Positions 28,800 to 38,631 are shown, numbered from the stretch's first letter. The stretch: DNA of 64,000 bases from Gemmatimonadales bacterium UBA1120 (GCA_002313925.1 DCAZ01000115.1:25028-89027), one strand, 5' to 3'. The notes: generated from the letters alone by a model not told the origin. Made by a program: numbers and translations.

Positions 28800-31253
28800 C
28801 TATTCCATCCCACTCCAAGCAGCCCGGAGTTGCGCTAGGCTTAGAGGGGAGCCAACGAACAGCTCTTCCGGGTAGGTCCGGTATTGAGCCATGTCCCGAT
28901 AGATTGCGTCAGCCTCGTAAAGATTAACGCCGAGGCCAGCAAGGAACTGTAGTCGCAGGTTGCGATCTCGCGTGATCTGAGCATCAGCGAGCCATGGATC
29001 GATCTCAGGCTTCTTAGCAACGAATGTCGCCATCAATTGGGGCGCTGAATAGAAACCCACCTCAGCTAGAGACTGTGCTACAGTGGCGTATTCAGGAGTG
29101 CGTAGCTTCTCGTCCATAGCATCGAGATCGATCGGTGTTGGCTCTCGCTGCGCAAGCATTACGACGTCGTAGCCCTGTCCCTGATTAAGGTTCGCAAAAA
29201 CCATTCCGTGTGGGAAAACCTCCAGAAACGTGGCAACCTCACTCTTCACCGCCTCGAGGGTACTTTCATAGAGCTGCACAAATACAGTAATCACTCCGCC
29301 TGGGTTGAGATGCTCTCGAGCTTCGAGCCAGAATTCGGTGGTGTAGAGCGTCGCGGCTCCCTTCACCCAGGGGTCGAAAGGATCCGAGGTGATCGCGTCG
29401 AATTTCCTGTCAGTCGTTAGCAGATAATGCCGAGCGTCATCGATGACTACTTCAGTCTTGGGATTGTCGACAACGTTGAAGTTGTGCTCTCCGAAGTGCC
29501 TGGATACAACCTCCGGCACCAAGGGTTCAATCTCTACGATCGTGAGTTCTTCTACGGCCGGATCCACACTGACCGCTCCAGCCGTCACCCCGGCCCCACA
29601 GCCGATCACCAGGACGGACTTCGCTTGGAGTGGAACGAGTGTTGTCAGGTGCCCTAGCATTCGCTGGAGACGCATGTCCTGTGGTTCACTCGATGCCTGT
29701 ACTTTCCCAGCGTTGTGGTAGTTCCGAATACCACCACCTAGATCAGATACAGCCATCGACGAGTTCATGCCCTCACCCACATAAACCCAATCGAAATACT
29801 CCGAACTTTGTTGGTACGTCGCTGCATAGCGACCGTAACCCACCAGCAGAGGCGGCACCGGGGCTACCGTCCAAGCCAGAACCACGGTGCTTATTAGAAT
29901 ACCGGCACCTCTTAAGAAACTTTTGCCCCGTATCCTGACGAAACCCGAGTCATTCCTATCTGTAACCAGAAGAATCAATGCCCCGAGAGCCGCAATCCCG
30001 ATCATCATGCGCTGGGTGGTCTGAGTACCCAGTGATCCAATCAACACCAGGGACGTCAGAAGCGCACCGAGAATCGCACCCATGGTGTTGGCAGCGTAAA
30101 CCCTTCCGACTAAACGACCGGGATCCTGACCTTTTTTTGCAACCGCTGCAAGCGCCAAAGGAAAGCTTGCGCCCCACAAGGCTGCAGCCGGCAGAGCGGT
30201 AAGCACGGCGCGCATAAAGTCAAACTGGAAATTGAACCAAGGCCTGATAGCAAGGTCCGGACTAACTGGCCAATAAGGCAGAGCTTGGGTAAGTAAATAC
30301 GCTGCCCATGCCAAGCCGACCACGACAAGAAATTGTGTCCATCCAAGAGCATGGCGAGCATCCTGTACAAAACGTGCCAGAATAGACCCTACCGCACTCC
30401 CGATCCCTATCCCAAACAGGAAAGAAGCCAATATCAGTGAGAAGGTGTACGTGGTACCACCGAAGTTCAGTGTCATGAGTCGAGTCCAGACGACCTCAGC
30501 TCCGAGCGCTGTCGCCCCCGATAACCCGATTACAAACAGGACTGACCTCGAGCCTGGCGACATCTGCACCGCTTCCGCACTCTCGCTTTGCTGTCTAGCC
30601 TCATAGGCAGTAAATCGCGCAAGGAATAAAGCGAGTATGGTCACCACTACATTGAGCCCCACCGCAGCATAAGTGGCAACACTCACATCATGCAGCCGGA
30701 GCAGGTAGAAGCCTGCCAACAGACACCCCAGGACAGCACCGAAGGTGTTGCCCCCGTAGAAGAACCCGAGCCACGACACACCTTTCGGTGTAGTCTCGAC
30801 CCATCGGGAGATCGCGGGGAGGGTGGCCCCCATCATGATCGTGGGAGGAAGTAAGAAAAGAGCACAAAACGATGCCCGTACCATAATTCCAGCCATTCCC
30901 GGACCACCAATCGACGTATACAGACCGCCTACATACGGCAGTAGCCATAGAACCAACAGTCCGAAAATGCCGATTCCAACTTCGAGCATGGCGTAGACTC
31001 GGAGCGGATGCCTATCAGTTGCGATAACCTTCGAGAGGCCGATGCTTCCTATGCACATACCACCCATGAAGGTGCCCAGCAATACGCCTAGTGATATGGC
31101 AGATGAGCCAACGATGAGTGAGAGCATCTGAAACCAGACGATCTCATAAATTAGAGCTGCACAGCCACTACCAATGAAAAGAATGACCAGCAATGGTAAG
31201 TAGCGGTCTGATGGAGATACCGACCGTGCAGAGTCGATTGTTTCGGTTGTCAT
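28800..31253 (-). CDS. fused polytopic membrane domain + spermidine-synthase-like (aminopropyltransferase fold) protein
   Basis: 817 aa. About 500 aa of MFS-like TM helices are followed by VLVIGCGAGVTAGAV...IVEIEP...DAITSDPFDPW (SAM-type methyltransferase/spermidine synthase blocks). Confidence 0.8.
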   Translation of the reverse strand: MTTETIDSARSVSPSDRYLPLLVILFIGSGCAALIYEIVWFQMLSLIVGSSAISLGVLLGTFMGGMCIGSIGLSKVIATDRHPLRVYAMLEVGIGIFGLLVLWLLPYVGGLYTSIGGPGMAGIMVRASFCALFLLPPTIMMGATLPAISRWVETTPKGVSWLGFFYGGNTFGAVLGCLLAGFYLLRLHDVSVATYAAVGLNVVVTILALFLARFTAYEARQQSESAEAVQMSPGSRSVLFVIGLSGATALGAEVVWTRLMTLNFGGTTYTFSLILASFLFGIGIGSAVGSILARFVQDARHALGWTQFLVVVGLAWAAYLLTQALPYWPVSPDLAIRPWFNFQFDFMRAVLTALPAAALWGASFPLALAAVAKKGQDPGRLVGRVYAANTMGAILGALLTSLVLIGSLGTQTTQRMMIGIAALGALILLVTDRNDSGFVRIRGKSFLRGAGILISTVVLAWTVAPVPPLLVGYGRYAATYQQSSEYFDWVYVGEGMNSSMAVSDLGGGIRNYHNAGKVQASSEPQDMRLQRMLGHLTTLVPLQAKSVLVIGCGAGVTAGAVSVDPAVEELTIVEIEPLVPEVVSRHFGEHNFNVVDNPKTEVVIDDARHYLLTTDRKFDAITSDPFDPWVKGAATLYTTEFWLEAREHLNPGGVITVFVQLYESTLEAVKSEVATFLEVFPHGMVFANLNQGQGYDVVMLAQREPTPIDLDAMDEKLRTPEYATVAQSLAEVGFYSAPQLMATFVAKKPEIDPWLADAQITRDRNLRLQFLAGLGVNLYEADAIYRDMAQYRTYPEELFVGSPLSLAQLRAAWSGME

Positions 31254-31485
31254 GTAGTTCTTATGCCTCCTGCTGCGATCGGCAGCCTACGGTCGTGGCG
31301 GCTTGAAAACAACGTGTGCCCGGAGGGCGTTAGCTTTAGGAGGAACAGAGAGTCAGAGTATGGGAGGAGCCCTGCAGGACCGTCTTAGAGAATATGCAAC
31401 TCTAGAAGGTGTATGGAGGAAACATGGAAGAATCAGAGAGTTCGTTCGATAGGACCTTGCTCCCAAGCCGCCTCATGAGGCTATT

Positions 31486-31653
31486 GTGATTGGAATTATC
31501 GAGTTCTTAGTCGAGAACCCAATCTTACTGGTCGCCCTATTACTGATCGTTGCGGTCTTTCTATTCGCCGTGATCAAGAGACTCTTGAAGCTATTAGCGA
31601 TTGCAACGATTGCTGGCGTTCTCTATGTCCTGCTCGTCAACTATGTCGGGTAG
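31486..31653 (+). CDS. small two-TM membrane protein (55 aa), hypothetical
   Basis: Own translation: (V)IGIIEFLVENPILLVALLLIVAVFLFAVIKRLLKLLAIATIAGVLYVLLVNYVG*. GTG start with GAGG 5 nt upstream. It falls below the 60-aa cutoff of the ORF track. Confidence 0.35.
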   Translation: MIGIIEFLVENPILLVALLLIVAVFLFAVIKRLLKLLAIATIAGVLYVLLVNYVG

Positions 31654-31689
31654 CCGCTTGGGACTCAGACAGCTTGATATTGTCAGTGA

Positions 31690-32562
31690 TCAGAAGGTGA
31701 GCAACCTCGTAACGTTGAACCCCAGCCTCCAATACTTCGGCTTGAACTGAGAGGGTGTGCCGCCAAGAACCTGGGTTGGATTCATTCTATACTGGTTGGT
31801 TAATACGATCTTAAAGAAGTGACCGCCGGTCTCGAGTTCGACCCCGAGGGTCCCGCTATCGTGCTCAAGGTCAGGCTGGCGCTTACTGATGATCCACTCT
31901 CCAAGCAGGCTCACCTGCTCTGAGATGTAAGCCTGCCCGTGGATACCTAAAGCAAAAGTGGTCTCTGGCTCGGTATCCTGAATATTGGGATTTCTCAGTA
32001 CTGTTGGTACGAGCCCAATACCTAAGCGGCCTCCGATTAGAGCATTGAGCATTACTTGGGCGTAAGCCTGGGATTCGTTGTCGCCTGCCCCACTCTCACC
32101 GGGGTCCGACATGTTCCAAGCGAAACCTCCCATTACACCAATCATCACTGGGACGGATTCAGTGCCACCCTCAAAGAGGCGAGCCTTGGCATTTAATTCG
32201 AGGTTGTCATCAATGTTGGTACGTACGACACCAACCATGGTGCGATCAGAAACCGCATACGCGAGTCCAAGACGGTTCGCTACCGGACCATCCAGGCCCC
32301 ATAGGGCCTGAAATCCGTCTGCTACCGCAGGGAAAAATCTGTGAGATATCTCAAAGAGCCATGCGCCCCTTGAGATCGTCTGTGCCGTGGGAAGATTCGC
32401 GCTTTGTTGTGAGTGAAAGACTGTGGGCGGCACGATTACTGGCTGCTCACGTCTCTCAAAACGGTCCGGTTGTTGTTGTGCTGAGCCGAGCATTGCGAAC
32501 GTGGCCGCATAAATCATGGCCATACTGATCGCCCGACGGACGCACTTAGTTCTCACTATCAA
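31690..32562 (-). CDS. predicted outer-membrane beta-barrel protein (DUF5777-like by context)
   Basis: 290 aa. Signal MAMIYAATFAMLGSAQQ. Alternating beta-strand pattern and C-terminal aromatic terminus RLLTF. Its ORF overlaps the YceI-like stop by 17 nt; the start may be the internal Met at about 32523. Confidence 0.6.
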   Translation of the reverse strand: MIVRTKCVRRAISMAMIYAATFAMLGSAQQQPDRFERREQPVIVPPTVFHSQQSANLPTAQTISRGAWLFEISHRFFPAVADGFQALWGLDGPVANRLGLAYAVSDRTMVGVVRTNIDDNLELNAKARLFEGGTESVPVMIGVMGGFAWNMSDPGESGAGDNESQAYAQVMLNALIGGRLGIGLVPTVLRNPNIQDTEPETTFALGIHGQAYISEQVSLLGEWIISKRQPDLEHDSGTLGVELETGGHFFKIVLTNQYRMNPTQVLGGTPSQFKPKYWRLGFNVTRLLTF

Positions 32563-33223
32563 GCTCTGCGGGTTCCAAAATAAAGTCGAGTTCCATGCGA
32601 ATCTCGTTATTCAACTTCAGGAACATGAGTTTGGGAATTTCAATGTCATGATCCGATAAAAACACTGGGAACGAGCAGTTGACGTGGTATCCCTCATTTA
32701 CCGTTGCCAAATCGCAGGTCAATACCCGTTCTTGTTCTACGCCATGTATGCCCAGTACACCCTGGGTCGTCACCCGAAACATCGCCCCGGGAAGAGAAAC
32801 CACCAGTTCAATCGTGCCCCCGAATGCCGCATAAGGGTATTGCTCAACCTCGAGGTAGCTATCCCGCATCTGGCGATCACGCATCCCAATTCCCGTATCC
32901 AGACTCGCTAAATCCACTTCGAAGTAAATCTCAGACTCAGTTCCACCCGTGCGATCTGTCAGTTCTTCGGTATTGAGTAAAACCAAGCCGTCTACCCGTT
33001 CCGTAGTGCCCTCAAACTCATCTATCACTGTTCTCGAAGTAAACCGCACAAGTCGGTCAGATTCGAGAGCAACTTGATAGGCTTGTTGGCCCGACAAGAC
33101 GGCAGCCCCAAGAAATATCCCGACAAGCACGAGGCTTATCGCATGAACTATCCGGCTTCCCAACTGACAGCTCAAGCTAATCAAAGCATCCGGCCTCTCT
33201 CGAACGTCAGTTGTTCTGAGCAC
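32546..33223 (-). CDS. YceI-like domain protein (lipid/polyisoprenoid-binding fold), membrane-anchored or secreted
   Basis: VRFTSRTVIDEFEGTTERVDG...YFEVDLASLDTGIGMRDRQMRDSYLEVEQYPYAAFGG matches the YceI pattern (F.G.F ... idl.SldTg...RD.hl ... P.A.F). The N-terminal hydrophobic segment is SLVLVGIFLGAAVLSG. GTG start overlapping the upstream stop. Confidence 0.7.
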   Translation of the reverse strand: MLRTTDVRERPDALISLSCQLGSRIVHAISLVLVGIFLGAAVLSGQQAYQVALESDRLVRFTSRTVIDEFEGTTERVDGLVLLNTEELTDRTGGTESEIYFEVDLASLDTGIGMRDRQMRDSYLEVEQYPYAAFGGTIELVVSLPGAMFRVTTQGVLGIHGVEQERVLTCDLATVNEGYHVNCSFPVFLSDHDIEIPKLMFLKLNNEIRMELDFILEPAELDSEN

Positions 33224-33662
33224 CCGTGTTGATCCAGTTCTTGATATTCGTCAGGTCGACATTATCGAGAGCACTTCCGCCTACGGGCATTCTGCTACCG
33301 TTACCGCTTCCTTGGCGGTTTTCCAGCTTCTTCACCAGATAGCTGTTCTGAGCGTCGTTAGGGATAACATAGACCTCACCTGACATTGGTGAAGTCACGT
33401 TAACAAGGCGCGCATGATTTGCGGACCCAGACGTGCTGATCGTTAGACCACCCGCCCCGTTCCCGTGACAGTTGCTACCAGCACAACCCCGTCGCGTGAA
33501 TATTTCAGTAATGTCATTGGCAAACGAGGGGTTGGCCTTGATGGTTCGAGTACCGGATGGCGTTCCGCCTTCGCCGGGATCCGTAGGGCTATCACTCGCG
33601 GAACAAGCAGCCAATACAACACACATGAGAACAGGACAGAGCACTCGGTGTAAGATTTTCAT
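33207..33662 (-). CDS. lipoprotein with PSCyt1-like (Planctomycete cytochrome-c-like) domain carrying a variant CX4CH motif
   Basis: MKILHRVLCPVLMCVVLAAC (lipobox), then ITEIFTRRGCAGSNCHGNGAGGLTIS...YVIPNDAQNSYLVKKL...MPVGGSALDNVDLTNIKNWINTGAQNN, which follows the PSCyt1 layout. ATG 33662 has a GGGAG Shine-Dalgarno sequence; the track ORF extends to 33701. Confidence 0.65.
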   Translation of the reverse strand: MKILHRVLCPVLMCVVLAACSASDSPTDPGEGGTPSGTRTIKANPSFANDITEIFTRRGCAGSNCHGNGAGGLTISTSGSANHARLVNVTSPMSGEVYVIPNDAQNSYLVKKLENRQGSGNGSRMPVGGSALDNVDLTNIKNWINTGAQNN

Positions 33663-33755
33663 GACCCAACTCCCTTGCCGCCGGTCGTTACTGGCCGACA
33701 TCTTCGCCAGCGAACCAGCTGGTTCTTAGTCACCACCGAACGCCACAGGCGCTAA

Positions 33756-35111
33756 ATGGAAACCTTGAAGTCCTACAACCCTGCCACGGGAGAGATCCTC
33801 GGTGAAGTGGAAATTACTCCTGCGGTGGTAGTCCCTAATATCGTCGCGAAAGCCAAGGCTGCTCAACTTGCCTGGGGCGACCTTGGCCTAGAGGGTCGTG
33901 CGGAACTGATCAAGGCTACAGCAGATATCTTCGTCGATCGGGTTCAGGAACATGGTGAACTCATGACGAAAGAAATGGGTAAACCCCTTAAGGAAGCAAT
34001 TGGTGAAGCCAAATCACTCGGATGGGGAATTGAGGAAGAGTTAGCTGAGATTATTGAAGCACTGAAACCGGAAGTCGTCGAAGATGGACGACTCAGGTCG
34101 ACTATCTATCATGATCCGCTCGGGGTAGTCGGTGCGATCACACCGTGGAATTTCCCGATGTCGATGCCAGCCTGGATGATCCTCCCCTCCCTGGCGGCTG
34201 GCAACACAGTGGTATTCAAGCCGTCCGAGGAAACGCCACTCTGTGGTCAAGCATATGCAGATGTACTCAATGAGGTTTTACCCAAGGACGTGCTGATCGT
34301 TATCCACGGTGCTGATGACCAAGGCAAGGCAATCGTTCAATCCGATGTCGACATGATCGCATTCACCGGTTCGCGAGAGGCGGGTAAGCATATCATGCGT
34401 GAAGCAAGCGGGACGTTGAAGAGGGTTGTACTGGAGCTCGGAGGCAAAGACCCTATGATCGTCCTTGGAGACGCAGACATCGCGAGGGCAGCTAAGTTTG
34501 CGGCGTCGAATTCTTTTCGGAACGCCGGACAAGTGTGCATCTCGACCGAGCGAATCTTTGTGATGGATTCTGTCGCGCAAGAGTTTGAGCACGCGCTCAC
34601 CGAGATCGCTTCAGTAATGACCGTCGGTAGTGGGATGGGGGATGCGGATGTGGGCCCAATGGTGAATGGCCACCAACGCGACCACGTGCTCGGGCAGTTA
34701 GAGGCAGCGATCTCAGGTGGTGCTGAAGTGCTGGCCGGAGGTGATGGGCACTATGACAATTTCGTCGTCCCAACCGTACTAGGAAATGTCACTGACGAAA
34801 TGGACATCGCCAATGCAGAGACATTCGGACCGGTGGCCTGTATCACACGCGTATCGTCCGTAGACGAAGCTGTAACGAAAGCGAATGACACCCACTTCGG
34901 TCTGGGTGCGGTCGTCTTTGGTGGAGACTCGGAAGAGACTGCAGAAGTTGCGCGACGTCTCACAGCGGGGATGATCGGTATCAACTCAGCACCCGGTGGT
35001 GCAGTCGGTACTCCGTGGGTTGGTGCCAGACAGAGTGGATTTGGGTTCCACAAATCACCTGATGGACATAAGCAATTTACGCAAACCCGTGTAGTTACTT
35101 CACGAGCATAG
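33756..35111 (+). CDS. NAD(P)+-dependent aldehyde dehydrogenase family protein
   Basis: 451 aa. [15 protein letters not shown], catalytic blocks VLELGGKDP and [16 protein letters not shown], and ETFGPV. Confidence 0.9.
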   Translation: METLKSYNPATGEILGEVEITPAVVVPNIVAKAKAAQLAWGDLGLEGRAELIKATADIFVDRVQEHGELMTKEMGKPLKEAIGEAKSLGWGIEEELAEIIEALKPEVVEDGRLRSTIYHDPLGVVGAITPWNFPMSMPAWMILPSLAAGNTVVFKPSEETPLCGQAYADVLNEVLPKDVLIVIHGADDQGKAIVQSDVDMIAFTGSREAGKHIMREASGTLKRVVLELGGKDPMIVLGDADIARAAKFAASNSFRNAGQVCISTERIFVMDSVAQEFEHALTEIASVMTVGSGMGDADVGPMVNGHQRDHVLGQLEAAISGGAEVLAGGDGHYDNFVVPTVLGNVTDEMDIANAETFGPVACITRVSSVDEAVTKANDTHFGLGAVVFGGDSEETAEVARRLTAGMIGINSAPGGAVGTPWVGARQSGFGFHKSPDGHKQFTQTRVVTSRA

Positions 35112-35118
35112 ATCCCTA

Positions 35119-37554
35119 ATGCATCTGCAGACAACCAAGAGCTTCTTACTCATTGCACTCGTTATAGGCCTCACCAACTGCGGCTCAGATGGCACGGGCC
35201 CAGATGCTGGTGGCAACTCCGTGTCAATCTCCAGAACGTCTGTCACCCTCAACTTTCTGGGCGAAACGACTCAGTTGACGGCCACAGTGCGCAATAGCAA
35301 GAACGTGCCTGTCAGCGGGCAGGTAACCTGGTCCAGTGATGCTCCGACTGTGGCAACTGTGAGTTCCAATGGGCTGGTCACAGCAATCGGTAATGGTCAA
35401 GCGACACTAACGGCGACCTCTGGAAGCTTGTCCGCAACCGCATCAGCGACAGTGCAGCAGGTTGCTACCAGCTTATCGATCGTATCAGGAAACGCCCAAA
35501 CCGATACAATTGGCCAACTGCTAGCAGAAGCGCTGGTTGTTCGAGCTGAAGATCAAGGCGGCTCTGCGGTATCAGCAGTAAGTATCAGCTTCTCAGTCAG
35601 CCAGGGTGGTGGATCGTTAAGCGAAACAAGCCTAACTAGTGATAGTGATGGAGAGGCTTCAACAAACTGGACCCTAGGTACAACGTCTGGTACCCAAAAC
35701 GTGACCGCCCTCATCGAGGGAAGCGAGAGCGGGAAAGCTAATTTCTCTGCGACGGTGACACCCGGCCCAGCGACTGCATTCAGCAAAGAGTCAGGAGATC
35801 AGCAAATCGGGAAAAATAATCGACCTCTCCCAGAGCCCGTCGCGGCTGCAGTGAAAGACGAATTTGGAAATGGAATCCCAGGCATTCCGGTCACTTTTTC
35901 TGTGACCGATGGTGGCGGGTCGATTAGTCCTGCAGATAGCATGACGGGCGAGACAGGGACAGCCGAAGGCACCTGGACCATGGGTGTTGTTGGTACCAAT
36001 ATACTCACGGCGAGCACGACTGGGTTCCCTGACCTAGAGTTCACAGCTACGGCAGAACTCTATGTGGCTAAGGCCGACCTAACCGTCAGTAGTATGATAG
36101 TCAGCCCCGCGAATGCGACTGCTTTTCAGGACCTCACTGTTACTGCAACAATCACGAATTCAGGTGATTTCACCACCGGCTCAGCCTTTGATGTCCAGCT
36201 TCTGCTCGACAACGTCCAGGCCGGAAATACAACCGTTTCTGAGCTCGCGGACAGTGCGGAGACTCAAATCAGCTTCGATGTGGGCAGGCTTGCCTCTGGC
36301 CCACATACGTTTCAGGTAGTCATCGATCCTAACAATGATATCGACGAACACGATGAGGCCAACAACAGTGTAGGACGAAGTGCTCCTATCGCAGCAGCAA
36401 CCGAGCTGGTCGCCGGAACGCCGGCCAGGAACCTTTCGCTTCCAGACAGTATGGAGCTCCTCTTTAACCTTGAGTTGCCATCATCCAGCAATCTAGTGAT
36501 CTCGACGTCTGGAGGTTCAGGCGATCTCGATCTCTACGTCCACCACGGCGCGCGACCAGCACACCGAGATGATTACAAGTGCCAGTCGGGAAGTCCGATC
36601 TCTAGCGAATCATGCACCTTTAATGCCGCAGAGCCAGGGGTCTATCATATCCTACTCTTCGCTTGGGACCAGTTCTCCGGTGTGACACTAGAAGCACAGG
36701 TTGGAGGCGATCCCAATCCCTTCAACATTGAGCTTGTCTTCCTAACCGGCGGGACTACCGAACAGGATGACGCCTTCCGGACCTCAGCTGCGAAATGGGA
36801 AAGCATCATTACAGACGACATCTACGCCTTCTCCTTTGCAGACAGTCCTGCCTTAGCGAACGAATGTATTTCAGGACAACCACTGATCAGTGACGTTGTC
36901 GACGATGTGAGGATCTACGTCAGTATTAGGGATATCGATGGCCCACAGCCCATATTGGGTCGGGCCGGGCCGTGCTACATACGTGGTCTGTCGGAGCATC
37001 CCATCGTTGGTATGATGGAATTCGACATTTACGATTTCGATCGTATAACCGACCAAGGACTTCTAATACCAGTTGTGCTTCACGAAATGGGTCATGTGCT
37101 GGGTATCGGAACGATTTGGGACCGAAAAGAGCTTCTCGTAAATCCATCCGCTGTGACCCCATCCGCGGATACGCACTTCATCGGGCCACATGCCATCACT
37201 GCCTTCGATAACGCAGGCGGAGTTAACTATACAGGTGGGCAAAAGGTCCCAGTGGAAAATGAGGCTGGGCCAGGTTCTCAAGACTCGCATTGGAGAGAAG
37301 CCGTTTTTAATGCTGAACTCATGAGTCCTTTCGTTGACTCCGGGGTCCAGAATCCACTAAGCCGTATTACGATTCAGTCGTTAGCGGACCTTGGTTACGG
37401 AGTTGATGTGACTCAGGGCGAGCCCTACTCCGTGCCCCTCGTGCCCCTCGCGGCGGACCTAGTGAGCCCGGACCGTGGACCAGGTATCGACCTCCGCGAT
37501 GATATCCGCATAGGACCAATCTTGGTTGTGGGGCCAAAAAAGCGCAGACGTTAA
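35119..37554 (+). CDS. multidomain surface lipoprotein: Big_2 + invasin-type Ig repeats + CARDB + pre-peptidase C-terminal (PPC) domain + C-terminal leishmanolysin-like (M8) metallopeptidase
   Basis: Lipobox ALVIGLTNCGS. Big_2 (VTLNFLGETTQLTATVRNS...VTWSSDAPTVATVSSNGLVTAIGNGQATLTA). Repeated SGNAQ/SGDQQ Ig repeats. CARDB (ADLTVSSMIVSP...TVTATITNSGD...IDPNNDIDEHDEANNS). PPC (SGGSGDLDLYVHHG...PGVYHILLFAW). Zinc site VVLHEMGHVLGIG plus the downstream DSHWRE...ELMSPF, typical of M8. Confidence 0.8.
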   Translation: MHLQTTKSFLLIALVIGLTNCGSDGTGPDAGGNSVSISRTSVTLNFLGETTQLTATVRNSKNVPVSGQVTWSSDAPTVATVSSNGLVTAIGNGQATLTATSGSLSATASATVQQVATSLSIVSGNAQTDTIGQLLAEALVVRAEDQGGSAVSAVSISFSVSQGGGSLSETSLTSDSDGEASTNWTLGTTSGTQNVTALIEGSESGKANFSATVTPGPATAFSKESGDQQIGKNNRPLPEPVAAAVKDEFGNGIPGIPVTFSVTDGGGSISPADSMTGETGTAEGTWTMGVVGTNILTASTTGFPDLEFTATAELYVAKADLTVSSMIVSPANATAFQDLTVTATITNSGDFTTGSAFDVQLLLDNVQAGNTTVSELADSAETQISFDVGRLASGPHTFQVVIDPNNDIDEHDEANNSVGRSAPIAAATELVAGTPARNLSLPDSMELLFNLELPSSSNLVISTSGGSGDLDLYVHHGARPAHRDDYKCQSGSPISSESCTFNAAEPGVYHILLFAWDQFSGVTLEAQVGGDPNPFNIELVFLTGGTTEQDDAFRTSAAKWESIITDDIYAFSFADSPALANECISGQPLISDVVDDVRIYVSIRDIDGPQPILGRAGPCYIRGLSEHPIVGMMEFDIYDFDRITDQGLLIPVVLHEMGHVLGIGTIWDRKELLVNPSAVTPSADTHFIGPHAITAFDNAGGVNYTGGQKVPVENEAGPGSQDSHWREAVFNAELMSPFVDSGVQNPLSRITIQSLADLGYGVDVTQGEPYSVPLVPLAADLVSPDRGPGIDLRDDIRIGPILVVGPKKRRR

Positions 37555-37564
37555 CTAAAGTTAC

Positions 37565-38452
37565 TCAGCTAATTTTATCCCCTCTATGGATCTCCCTCTC
37601 CAGGGTCCGGGTCAAGCAGGTCGGTCCACCACAACCCTTCCTACTAATCTCGATGCCTCTGTAGGTATACACTTCAACGCCCACCCCCTCTAAGCATCGC
37701 CGCGTCTCGCTATTTCCTTCAACTGCCAACACAACACGTGGCGCAACGGCGAGGACGTTACACCCCATTGAGGGCTCGTACTCTCCATCTGGAACCTCGA
37801 TCAATTGGTAACCACGAGCTAGAAGCTCTTGGCGGAATGACATCGGAAGTAGCGGGGAGTAGACCAACAGCAGATCCTCCGCAAGCGGGCTCACAACCGA
37901 CATGAGGTGAAAGACGTCACCCGGACCCTGCCAGTCGGGCAAGGGCACCTCGAGGATCTCAACACCACCTGAGAGAAATTCCTGAAATTGTAGAACTCCT
38001 GAGGCATTAGTTCGACGGCTCAGACCGATGGCAAGCGTCTCGCTGTCGAGCCAAACCACGTCACCTCCTTCAAGTGTACCTGGAGCCTCGATCAGGCCGG
38101 CGATATGGATCCCAAGTGCCGGATACTCATCGGCATGAGCTTCCGGTTCTAAGGCACGAGACTCCTTACCCATCCGACAAAGAATCGCACCTGAGTTCGA
38201 TAAGACCGAAGCATCCCGCATATAGATTGAATCCAAACCAAAGTCTCCACTTTGGGCCCATTCGACAGTCACTCCTAAGTCTTCAAGCTGTGCGGCTAGG
38301 GCATCGGACTCCCGGCAAGCCAACTCGTAATCTGGTGCATCCACATAGTTGAGATTCTCCCACTGCTCCGCGATCCGACTGGGTGAGATGAAGGCGTCAC
38401 TCGCGTGCCTCATCAAGACGCGCCGGAGCGGTGATACGTCGGACTGATACAT
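37565..38452 (-). CDS. amidinotransferase-fold enzyme (dimethylarginine dimethylaminohydrolase / arginine deiminase-like)
   Basis: The C-terminal GIEISRKGCGGPTCLTR carries the catalytic Cys block of the guanidino-modifying superfamily, with SIYMRDAS and LEGGDVV upstream. ATG 38452 has a GGGAG Shine-Dalgarno sequence; the track ORF extends to 38512. Confidence 0.72.
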   Translation of the reverse strand: MYQSDVSPLRRVLMRHASDAFISPSRIAEQWENLNYVDAPDYELACRESDALAAQLEDLGVTVEWAQSGDFGLDSIYMRDASVLSNSGAILCRMGKESRALEPEAHADEYPALGIHIAGLIEAPGTLEGGDVVWLDSETLAIGLSRRTNASGVLQFQEFLSGGVEILEVPLPDWQGPGDVFHLMSVVSPLAEDLLLVYSPLLPMSFRQELLARGYQLIEVPDGEYEPSMGCNVLAVAPRVVLAVEGNSETRRCLEGVGVEVYTYRGIEISRKGCGGPTCLTRTLEREIHRGDKIS

Positions 38453-38631
38453 CGAAACTCCCACACAATGCACTGTATAGCAGGGATACTGGACAAGCAT
38501 AATGCCATACACTCCGATCTAACCACCTGGATGGAACGCTTAGAACAAAAGCAGATCACCGTTCCTGAGTGTTGTCACGACACTCAGGCGTCTATGGTTC
38601 TGTGTTGTCCTCCCTCCGAGAGGCAAGAGGA

